From Candidatus Omnitrophota bacterium (GTDB taxonomy: Bacteria; Omnitrophota; Gorgyraeia; 2-01-FULL-45-10), in NCBI GenBank assembly GCA_030695905.1, contig JAUYOL010000004.1, positions 2,874 through 66,873 on the forward strand: a DNA stretch of 64,000 nucleotides, given 5' to 3'. Shown in pieces: positions 28,323 through 36,803 of the stretch. How positions within the stretch are numbered: position 1 is the first letter of the stretch; each line of letters begins with the position of its first letter. Position numbers and translations under genes: made by a program. The notes beneath the pieces were generated by a model. It worked only from the letters and a program-made list of their open reading frames with translations, was not told the DNA's origin and did not search any database.

Positions 28323-31043
28323 ATGGACTACAAAAATACATTAAATCTACCGAAGACGGATTTCCCGATGAAGGCGGATCTGCCCAATAGGGAGCCGAAG
28401 TTTGTGAAGCATTGGCAGGATATAGGCCTTTATGAGAAGCTGCGCAAACTTTATAAAGGAAAGAAGAAATTTATTCTTCATGACGGGCCGCCATACGCTA
28501 ATGGCAATATACACATGGGCCATGCTCTTAATAAAATATTGAAGGATATAGTGATACGGTATCAAACTATGCGCGGGTTCGATTCGCCATATATCCCCGG
28601 ATGGGACTGCCACGGGCTTCCCGTAGAGCATCAGCTCTTCAAGGAATTGAAGATGACGAAGTACGATATCGACCAGGTAAAGTTTAGGAAGAAAGCGTAT
28701 GACTACGCCATGAAATATGTGGCCATCCAGAGGGAGCAATTTAAGCGTCTTGGAATAATGGGTGGATGGGAAACGCCGTACCTGACTCTTTCAAGGGATT
28801 ATGAGGCCCAGATCGTAAGGTCATTTGGCAAACTGGTGGACAAAGGCTACGTATACAAAGATCTAAAACCGGTCAACTGGTGCGCTACCTGCGAAACGGC
28901 ATTGGCGGAAGCGGAGGTTGAATATGAGAATAAAACCTCGCCGTCCATTTATGTAACGTTTAATCTTAAGGATAATGTCTATTTTATCATCTGGACCACG
29001 ACACCATGGACATTATTGGCAAACGTCGCGATAGCTCTTCACCCTGAAGCTGAATATGTATTTGCGGATGTCGCCGGAGGCAAGACATATATACTCGCTA
29101 AAGCGCTTCTCGATAATGTTATGGCCAAGATCGGGATCAAGGATTATAAGATATCGAAGACCGTTAAAGGTAAAGAACTCGAAGGCCTTGAGGTGAAGCA
29201 TCCTTTTATAGATAGAAAAGCGAAGGTGGTTACCGCAAGCTACGTTTCTATGGAAGATGGCGCCGGCTGTGTTCATACCGCGCCCGGCCACGGGCAGGAA
29301 GATTATATGACGGGTAAGCGCTATAACCTGCCGACTATAATGCCCGTAGACTCAAAAGGTAAATTTGACAGTTCTTGCGGCGAATTCAGCCATATGGATG
29401 TTATAAAAGCGAATAAGCCTATACTTGAAAAACTGGCATCCATTAAACATCTTTTGCATGAAGAAGAGGTCACGCACTCATACCCGCATTGCTGGCGCTG
29501 CAAGAGGCCGATCATCTTCAGGGCAACGGAGCAGTATTTTTTAAGAATAGACCATAAAGATTTAAGAAAGCGCATGCTTAAGAGTATATCTTCGGATATA
29601 AAATGGATACCGCAGGTCGGAGAGTCAAGGATCTCCTCAATGGTAGAGAACAGGCCCGACTGGTGTTTGTCGCGTCAACGGTACTGGGGCGTGCCTATAG
29701 TGGCTTTCTATTGCACTTCATGCAACGAAGTGCTGTTAGACGCAAAAGTTATAGAACATGTGGCGTCTATCTTTGAAAAGGAGAGCGCGGATGCCTGGTT
29801 TATCAATAAAGAAGAGGATCTAATACCAGCGGGAACAAAGTGTAAAAAATGCGGCAAGTCCGGATTCAGAAAAGAGACCGACATCCTTGACGTATGGTTC
29901 GATTCCGGTATAAGCCATCAGGCTGTATTGAAAAATAACAAAGATCTTGATTATCCATGTGAGCTGTATCTGGAAGGCTCCGATCAGCACAGGGGATGGT
30001 TTCAGTCGGCTTTGATAACCGGTATGGGCATCGACGAAAGACCGCCCTATAAGAGCGTACTCACGCATGGTTTTGTTGTAGATGGCGAAGGTAAAAAGAT
30101 GTCGAAGTCTTTGGGGAACGTAATAACGCCCGAAGAAGTCATGAAGAAATATGGCGCAGATATATTGAGATTATGGGTAGCGTCGAGTGACTATTCGGAA
30201 GATATAAGGATGTCGGGTGAGATATTGACGCGCCTGGCAGATGCCTATAGAAAGATCCGCAATACATACAAGTATCTATTGAGTAACTTATATGACTTCG
30301 ATCCTGAAAAAGACAAAGTCGAGTACAAGAATATGCTCGAGATAGACAGGTGGATACTGAATGAACTCGCAGCTCTTGTAAAAGACTCGAGTCGTAACTA
30401 TGAGACTTACGCGTTCCATAAAGTGTATCGGGATGTGTATAATTTCTGCGTTAATGAAGTCTCGTCTATATATCTTGATGTGTTGAAGGACAGGATGTAT
30501 ACATTTTCAAAGTCTTCTCCGGAGAGGAAAAGCGGCCAGACCGCGATGTTCGAGGTGCTTTCGGCGCTATTAAAGATAATGGCGCCTCTGTTAGCGGTTA
30601 CGACCGATGAAGCATGGGGATATCTGTCGGTCAAAGATAAAAAAGAGTCGGTTCATTTAGAGTCATGGCCGGATGAGAGCATATGTCAAAAGTGGATAGA
30701 TAAAGAGCTTGAGGATAAATGGAAAGTCCTGGCGGGTGTCAGAGAAACGGTATTGAAGAAGATAGAAGAGAAGCGTTCCCGGGGAGATATAGGCGCGAGC
30801 CTCGAGGCGGCGGTTACAGTGGTGACCAACGATGCTAAGACAATGAAGATATTGTCAGAGGATAAAGATTTCCTGCGGTATCTATTTATAGTTTCACAGG
30901 CCAATATTGAAGAAGGTGAGCCGGACATATTGGTTCAGAAGGCCGCAGGGATAAAGTGTTCAAGATGTTGGAATTATAGCGACACGGTAGGCATGGATAA
31001 GGCCCATCCTACACTTTGTGAAAGATGCATAAAGAATATTTAG
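28323..31043 (+). CDS. ileS: Isoleucine--tRNA ligase (type 1)
   Basis: YKNTLNLPKTDFPM, HDGPPYANG, HMGH, GWDCHGLP, KMSKS, C-terminal CSRCW...CERC. Confidence 0.98.
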   Translation: MDYKNTLNLPKTDFPMKADLPNREPKFVKHWQDIGLYEKLRKLYKGKKKFILHDGPPYANGNIHMGHALNKILKDIVIRYQTMRGFDSPYIPGWDCHGLPVEHQLFKELKMTKYDIDQVKFRKKAYDYAMKYVAIQREQFKRLGIMGGWETPYLTLSRDYEAQIVRSFGKLVDKGYVYKDLKPVNWCATCETALAEAEVEYENKTSPSIYVTFNLKDNVYFIIWTTTPWTLLANVAIALHPEAEYVFADVAGGKTYILAKALLDNVMAKIGIKDYKISKTVKGKELEGLEVKHPFIDRKAKVVTASYVSMEDGAGCVHTAPGHGQEDYMTGKRYNLPTIMPVDSKGKFDSSCGEFSHMDVIKANKPILEKLASIKHLLHEEEVTHSYPHCWRCKRPIIFRATEQYFLRIDHKDLRKRMLKSISSDIKWIPQVGESRISSMVENRPDWCLSRQRYWGVPIVAFYCTSCNEVLLDAKVIEHVASIFEKESADAWFINKEEDLIPAGTKCKKCGKSGFRKETDILDVWFDSGISHQAVLKNNKDLDYPCELYLEGSDQHRGWFQSALITGMGIDERPPYKSVLTHGFVVDGEGKKMSKSLGNVITPEEVMKKYGADILRLWVASSDYSEDIRMSGEILTRLADAYRKIRNTYKYLLSNLYDFDPEKDKVEYKNMLEIDRWILNELAALVKDSSRNYETYAFHKVYRDVYNFCVNEVSSIYLDVLKDRMYTFSKSSPERKSGQTAMFEVLSALLKIMAPLLAVTTDEAWGYLSVKDKKESVHLESWPDESICQKWIDKELEDKWKVLAGVRETVLKKIEEKRSRGDIGASLEAAVTVVTNDAKTMKILSEDKDFLRYLFIVSQANIEEGEPDILVQKAAGIKCSRCWNYSDTVGMDKAHPTLCERCIKNI

Positions 31044-31049
31044 GGTCTA

Positions 31050-31147
31050 TTTCGCTGTTCAACATGTATAATTCGGGTACAGCTTCGTAGGACTTCGCTA
31101 CTGATTCCTGCGAAGCCCTACCAGTTATGATAGGTTGAAGGGCGGAG
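31050..31147. repeat. Long imperfect hairpin between ileS and dksA
   Basis: GCTTCGTAGGA (31082-31092) pairs with TCCTGCGAAGC (31106-31116, one G-T pair). Outer pairings TTCAAC/GTTGAA and TTCGC/GCGGA. Confidence 0.6.
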
Positions 31148-31169
31148 CAGAAAAGGAGAATAAGGTAAT

Positions 31170-31646
31170 ATGAAGAAAAAGAATAAGATGATCAAGAAGA
31201 AAGCGGTAAAAAGAATGAAAGTAAAAGCGAAGAACGCTGTGAAGAAAGCAGAGAAGACGTTTAAGATTAAAAAAATGTCAAGCAAGGATCTGAAGAAATA
31301 TAAAGAGCTTCTTCTCAAGGAACGCGAGAAGATCGGGAGCGGCATTAATCACATAGCCCAGGATACGCTCAAGACATCCCAAAGGGACGCGTCGGGGGAT
31401 CTTTCCGGTTACTCATTTCATATGGCGGATATGGCCAGCGACAACTATGAAGTAGAATTCTCTTTAGGCAGAGCCAGTGACGAACAGGATGTTCTCTACT
31501 CTATAGATGAGGCATTGAAGAGGGTGGCGGATGGCACATACGGCAATTGTCCGCAGTGCGGAAAACAGATACCGAAAAGACGGCTTGACGCCATACCGCA
31601 TACGGAACTTTGTATAGCTTGCCAGTCCAAGAATGAAAGCAAATGA
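31170..31646 (+). CDS. dksA: TraR/DksA family C4 zinc-finger regulator
   Basis: HMADMASD coiled-coil tip, IDEAL.R...GTYG.CPQC...RL.AIP...LCIAC, Lys-rich N-terminus, AAGGAG RBS. Confidence 0.88.
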   Translation: MKKKNKMIKKKAVKRMKVKAKNAVKKAEKTFKIKKMSSKDLKKYKELLLKEREKIGSGINHIAQDTLKTSQRDASGDLSGYSFHMADMASDNYEVEFSLGRASDEQDVLYSIDEALKRVADGTYGNCPQCGKQIPKRRLDAIPHTELCIACQSKNESK

Positions 31647-32092
31647 CCTGTCTGGTTTTGATAGCGTCGCTGGTTATCATAATTGACAGACTTGCCAAGT
31701 TTCTGGTATTCAACAATATGCTCGAAGGGCAGTCCGTAGAAATCTTGCCCAAGATTTTTCACATCACACTGGTGTTGAATACCGGTGCAGCCTTTGGATT
31801 ATTCAAAGACAAAAACCAATTCTTCATAGTCATGTCTTTCATCGTTGTCGCGCTTATATTTGCGTACGTATGGCTCGGCAAGCGCAAGGACCTCGTCAGC
31901 TTAAGCGCGCTGGGCCTTATTCTTGGCGGAGCGGCCGGCAACGTGATAGACCGCCTTATATTTGGCCATATTATAGATTTCCTGGATTTTCGCGTATGGC
32001 CCGTATTCAATGTGGCCGATTCATCAATAACTATTGGCGCTGTATTACTGGTTTTGAGGTTATTCTCCGGTAAAAAATGCTGTACTCAATAG
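31643..32092 (+). CDS. lspA: Lipoprotein signal peptidase II
   Basis: NTGAAFG, GGAAGNVIDR, IDF, WPVFNVAD. Confidence 0.96.
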   Translation: MTCLVLIASLVIIIDRLAKFLVFNNMLEGQSVEILPKIFHITLVLNTGAAFGLFKDKNQFFIVMSFIVVALIFAYVWLGKRKDLVSLSALGLILGGAAGNVIDRLIFGHIIDFLDFRVWPVFNVADSSITIGAVLLVLRLFSGKKCCTQ

Positions 32093-33309
32093 GATTTTTT
32101 ATATTTTCACTGCTTTATCTGCCTACCCTTATCTTTAAGGGCAAGCTTCACGCGGATTTTGGCGAGAGGTTTGCCATATTTGATAAGATGAAGGAGAGGG
32201 CTCTGCTTTCCGGCAGGGACCGCATATGGATACAGGCGGTTAGTGTAGGCGAAGTCGCGCTTTGTAAGAGCTTTATACCGGTTTTGAAAGAAAAATTCCC
32301 GGATCGGGATATAGTCATTTCGACTATAACCAAGGCAGGGAATGACCTGGCCCGAAAAATTTTCGGCAAAGATGTTGTAATCATATATTTTCCTCTCGAT
32401 TTTAAGGCTATAGTTAGAAAAACGATAAGCCTGATTAAACCCGCTTTATATATAATGATAGAGACTGAGATATGGCCCAATCTTTTGGCGGAGCTTTCTT
32501 CGCGCGCTATATCTTCAGCGCTTATTAACGGCAGGATATCCGATCGTTCCATAGGAAAATACAGGTTCGCAAAGCCATTTTTGAAGAAGACCCTGGAAAG
32601 TATAAATATATTTTGTATGCAGGATAGCATAGATGCCGAGAGAATAATAGAATTGGGCGCGCCGAAGGAGAGGGTAAGGATAACGGGCAATATGAAATTC
32701 GATATAGAGCTTCCGGCAAATGTAAAAGATATCGAGGCGGTACGCGACCTGTTTGGGCTCAAAGCTGGCGAAGAGCTATTCGTAGCAGGGAGTACGCGCG
32801 AGGGCGAAGAAGAGATTGTTCTCGATGTATTTAATAGGCTTTTGGCCGATTTCCCGAATTTAAGGCTGCTCATAGCCCCAAGGCATATTGATAGGGCAGT
32901 CCAGATCGATAAGTTAATACAGACCCTGACCCCAGATTCTAAATCCCGGATTATATTGCTCGACACGATAGGCCATCTTAATGAGGCGTACTCTGTCGCA
33001 ACTATTGTTTTTGTAGGCGGCAGTCTTATAAAACACGGGGGGCATAATCCTATAGAGCCGGCATATTTTGCCAAGCCGATACTCTTCGGGCTTAATATGT
33101 TTAATTTTAAATATATCGCAGCCGTTTTTTTAAGGAACAAGGCCGCGCTGCAGGTTTTTAACGGTGAAGACCTTTACGAAAAATGTAAACTTCTTTTACG
33201 TGATGCCGCAGCAAGGGGCCTTTTGGGTAAAAATGCGAAGAAGACGATCGTTGAAAATGCCGGCGCGACGGGGAAAAATGTTATCGAAATCGCGGGAGTC
33301 TTGAAATGA
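32077..33309 (+). CDS. waaA: Kdo transferase
   Basis: AVSVGE, YFPLD, ETEIWPN, NGRISDRS, GNMKFD, APRH, FVGGSL..GGHNPIEPA. Confidence 0.95.
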   Translation: MLYSIGFFIFSLLYLPTLIFKGKLHADFGERFAIFDKMKERALLSGRDRIWIQAVSVGEVALCKSFIPVLKEKFPDRDIVISTITKAGNDLARKIFGKDVVIIYFPLDFKAIVRKTISLIKPALYIMIETEIWPNLLAELSSRAISSALINGRISDRSIGKYRFAKPFLKKTLESINIFCMQDSIDAERIIELGAPKERVRITGNMKFDIELPANVKDIEAVRDLFGLKAGEELFVAGSTREGEEEIVLDVFNRLLADFPNLRLLIAPRHIDRAVQIDKLIQTLTPDSKSRIILLDTIGHLNEAYSVATIVFVGGSLIKHGGHNPIEPAYFAKPILFGLNMFNFKYIAAVFLRNKAALQVFNGEDLYEKCKLLLRDAAARGLLGKNAKKTIVENAGATGKNVIEIAGVLK

Positions 33310-34343
33310 GGGACTTCATATATTCGTTAATGACCGATAAGAAGAATGGTTTTTTCTACGACATCTTTAAATTTAAGCTCTATCTGGTTTCGCTTATATA
33401 TGGTTTCGCTATAGCGGTCAGAAGAGTCTTTTATAAATTCGGCATATTTAAGATGCGTAAGGCGCCCCTTAAGGTTATAAGCGTCGGGAACATAACTTTA
33501 GGCGGTACGGGTAAGACGCCTTTCGTGGTGACACTGGGCCACATTTTAGAGTCGGAGCTTAAGAAGAACGCGTGTGTGCTTATACGCGGTTATGGCTGGG
33601 ACGAGCAGGCGATGCTGAAGAATAAACTCACCGATATACCGGTTCTTGTAGGCGAAGACAGGGCGCGCTCGGCTTTGAAAGCGGTTAAGCTTTATGGTTC
33701 AAATACAGCGATACTTGACGATGGATTTCAGCATTGGGAGCTTGGCCGGGATCTTGATATAGTGCTTGTCGATTCAAGGAATCCTTTCGGTAATTTGCAA
33801 TTATTTCCCAGGGGAGTATTAAGAGAGCCCAAAAAGGCTTTGCAGAGGGCTGACATTATAGTTTTTACGAAAACTGACGGAAAGAATATCAATTTGGAAA
33901 ATTTAAAGGCCGAGGCAGGCAATATAAACAGAACCGCTGTTTTTTTGGAAGCTGTTCATAAGCCGACTTATTTATATGAGAACAAAACTAGGATCACGCG
34001 CGATCTTTCTTATGTAAAGGGCAAGCGCGTTATCTTATTCTCAAGCATAGGCGATCCGTCGCATTTTGAAGAGACCGTCAGGGCCATGGGCGCGGAAGTG
34101 GTCGAGCACATAAAATTTACGGATCACCATAACTACAAGAAGAGCGACATAGAGCATATTTTAAAAAGATGCAGCGAAAGAAGTTTTGACTTCGTGCTTA
34201 CGACAGAAAAGGATATCGTGAAATTAAACAGGCTCGGGCTGTATATTGGATCCTATACAGTCATGGTTGTAGTGATAAACCTTGAAATAACGCTGGGGAA
34301 GGAGATCTTGATTGATAGACTCAATCGCCTCTATACTCGTTAG
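33306..34343 (+). CDS. lpxK: Tetraacyldisaccharide 4'-kinase
   Basis: SVGNITLGGTGKTP, RGYG, LDDGFQH, P.GVLRE, F.DHH, TTEKD. Confidence 0.96.
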   Translation: MRDFIYSLMTDKKNGFFYDIFKFKLYLVSLIYGFAIAVRRVFYKFGIFKMRKAPLKVISVGNITLGGTGKTPFVVTLGHILESELKKNACVLIRGYGWDEQAMLKNKLTDIPVLVGEDRARSALKAVKLYGSNTAILDDGFQHWELGRDLDIVLVDSRNPFGNLQLFPRGVLREPKKALQRADIIVFTKTDGKNINLENLKAEAGNINRTAVFLEAVHKPTYLYENKTRITRDLSYVKGKRVILFSSIGDPSHFEETVRAMGAEVVEHIKFTDHHNYKKSDIEHILKRCSERSFDFVLTTEKDIVKLNRLGLYIGSYTVMVVVINLEITLGKEILIDRLNRLYTR

Positions 34344-36255
34344 AGGGCTGAATATCATATTTCATTTTATTCCAATAGAGTTCAACCTTTGGATAGGCAG
34401 GCGTATAGGTTCCGCTGCCTTCTTTATTAATAAGAAAAGGCGCATGATAGCCTACGCCAATCTTAAGGCAGCGTTCGCGAACGAGAAGCCCCCGAAAGAG
34501 TTGCGTGCGATCACTAAAAGAGTTTATATAAACCTCGTCCAAAGCTTTGCCGAGATCTTAAGCCTTACCAAGGTAAGTAAATCCTATGTGAATAAATATG
34601 TTGAAGTTGTAAATATGAACCGTATAGAGGACGCCGGGAAATCAGGCAGGGGCACCATACTTCTCACGGCTCACTACGGCGACTGGGAACTGTCGAGCCT
34701 GGTAAGCGCTATGAAGGGTTTTCCTATAACGGTCCTTGCCCGCGAGCAGAAGATGAAACGGCTTAATGAACTTTTAAACCGCCTCAGAGAGTCGAAGGGA
34801 TGTAAGGTTGTAAGGAAGGGGATGTCCACAAAGCTTATCTTCAAAGAACTTTATAAGAAGGATATGGTAGGGATATTGTCGGATCAGGATGCCGGCAAGA
34901 ACGGTACTTTTGTAAACTTTTTTGGCAGGCCAACATCGGCGCATGTCGGGCCTTTTGAAATAGCCAAGCATACGGATTCTATAATATTACCCAATTTTAT
35001 CGTAAGGACGGCCGGTCCATTTCATAAATTATACCTGGAAGATTACATAGATATGAGGGATGCCAAAACTCAGGAAGATGTGAAGGATAGTCTGCAGAAA
35101 TATATGTCTTTGCTGGAAAAGTACATCAGGCAGTATCCTGATCAGTGGTTATGGCTTCACAAGAGGTGGAAATCCACCCCAAAAAGGACCATCCTTGTTT
35201 TAAATGACGGCAAGGCGGGCCATCTGAACCAATCGCTTGCGGTAGCGCGCGAGATACAGAGGGCGAGGATGACCCAGGGATACAAAATAGAGGATACTTC
35301 AATAGTTACGGTGAGTGTTGAGTATAAAAACAAATTATTAAGACTTCTATTGGCATGTATTGTGCCCTTTGCAAGTTGGCGCTGTCAGGGCCGCATGTAT
35401 TGCTTGAGGATGTGCCTGAAGAAAGATTCTTACGAAAATTTAATGAAGACATACGCGGAATTTATAGTCTCCTGCGGTTCGAGCTTAGCTCCCGTGAATG
35501 TATTTATGAAAAAGGAAAACAACGCCAGGAATGTTGTAATTATGAAGCCGTGCCTTTTATTCGGTTTAAGAAAGTTTAATTTTATAATCGCGCCCAAACA
35601 TGACAGAATATGTGAACGTAAAAATGTTGTTATTACGACTTTAGCGCCCAATCTGGTGGACAGCCAGGCGCTGAAAGCCGCGGGAGAGAAATTGTCGGCC
35701 GGTGTGCGACTTGAAGGCAACAAGGTTATGGGGCTTCTGATAGGCGGCGATAATCCGGAGTTCAGGCTTTCGGGAGATTTATTAAAAAAAGTCATAAACG
35801 ATGTGCTCAAAGTTTGCGAATCGAATAACGCGGATCTGCTGGTAACGACTTCCAGGCGCACAAATAAAGAGCAGGAGTCGATTATAAAATCTATGTTACA
35901 GGGTAACTCCAGATGTAAACTGCTTGTAATAGCGAATGAGAGCAATCCAGAAGAGACGCTGACAGGCATACTGGCCTTAAGTAACGTCGCTATCGTTTCG
36001 GGCGAATCAATATCAATGATTTCCGAGGCGGTGAGTTCAGGTAAAAAGACAGTAGCTTTTGGCCTTAAGAAGAAGAAAAATTCTATTACAAAACACGAAC
36101 GTGTTCTCGAAAATCTGGCAAGAGATGGGTACATATCAATAGCCAGGGCCGGAGAGATGATATCGCTGGCCTCAAGAGCGCTAAAAGACACGTCGCCCGC
36201 GAAAAAGGTCGGAGATACGGACAAAATTTACGAAGCCATGAGGGCGCTCATATAA
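34312..36255 (+). CDS. Fusion of a lipid A late acyltransferase (LpxL-like) and an ELM1/GtrOC1-like domain
   Basis: N-terminal AHYGDWE, DQD, FFG, PDQWLWLHKRWK. C-terminal DGKAGHLNQS, LLIGG, TTSRRT, ESISMISEA..SGK. Start uncertain. Confidence 0.85.
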   Translation: MIDSIASILVRGLNIIFHFIPIEFNLWIGRRIGSAAFFINKKRRMIAYANLKAAFANEKPPKELRAITKRVYINLVQSFAEILSLTKVSKSYVNKYVEVVNMNRIEDAGKSGRGTILLTAHYGDWELSSLVSAMKGFPITVLAREQKMKRLNELLNRLRESKGCKVVRKGMSTKLIFKELYKKDMVGILSDQDAGKNGTFVNFFGRPTSAHVGPFEIAKHTDSIILPNFIVRTAGPFHKLYLEDYIDMRDAKTQEDVKDSLQKYMSLLEKYIRQYPDQWLWLHKRWKSTPKRTILVLNDGKAGHLNQSLAVAREIQRARMTQGYKIEDTSIVTVSVEYKNKLLRLLLACIVPFASWRCQGRMYCLRMCLKKDSYENLMKTYAEFIVSCGSSLAPVNVFMKKENNARNVVIMKPCLLFGLRKFNFIIAPKHDRICERKNVVITTLAPNLVDSQALKAAGEKLSAGVRLEGNKVMGLLIGGDNPEFRLSGDLLKKVINDVLKVCESNNADLLVTTSRRTNKEQESIIKSMLQGNSRCKLLVIANESNPEETLTGILALSNVAIVSGESISMISEAVSSGKKTVAFGLKKKKNSITKHERVLENLARDGYISIARAGEMISLASRALKDTSPAKKVGDTDKIYEAMRALI

Positions 36256-36490
36256 AATTTTTCTCATGCTGCACGGCGGACCTTGCGGGATTCCACCTTC
36301 AGCGGACATAAATTTGGATTGGGCATCCAAATTTACTCGGAAAATTTTTGATGGCCGTCTAACCTGGCAACTATTATACAATTGCCCAGTTTGTCCGGCC
36401 GTTCTGGATCGCCAAAAGGAATCAAAATTTTTGACGCCGCTTCAGGCGGAATCCCGCAAGGTCCGCCTGTGAAATGGGCGAAAAATTTTA
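36253..36490. repeat. 238-bp nested palindromic element (MITE/REP-like or structured RNA)
   Basis: Perfect 20-bp inverted repeat 36275-36294 / 36448-36467, terminal TAAAATTTTT/AAAAATTTTA, inner perfect 11-bp hairpin 36309-36335. Confidence 0.8.
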
Positions 36491-36803
36491 CGATCTGAGG
36501 CAGTTTAGGCCTAACCCTTTTGATCAAGAACAGCTCAGGCTAATATTAAGAGAGCAAGAAAAAATATTGAAAAAATAGTAAATGATAATTTATGATTTGG
36601 GTAGATTTGGCAGGTTGGGAAGCACAAAGGATTTTGTAAGTGGCCATTGTAAAACCTAAAATTATAGTTATGTAAGCACAATAAAAATGTTAGGTCTTTT
36701 GTAATGACGAAAAACGGTTATATTTAACATTTTTCTTATAAGATTTTTATCTTATTTGTGCGAACATAACGAGTTTTAGGTTTAAAGGAAGCACGAAAAG
36801 TTT

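Noticed and set aside
36266-36527. Small ORFs on both strands sharing GGPCGIPP
   Set aside because: The shared peptide is a by-product of the 20-bp inverted repeat. No RBS or family features.
36540-36803. Possible oriC in the AT-rich gap
   Set aside because: No TTATCCACA-like DnaA boxes found, and no dnaA, dnaN or gidA context.
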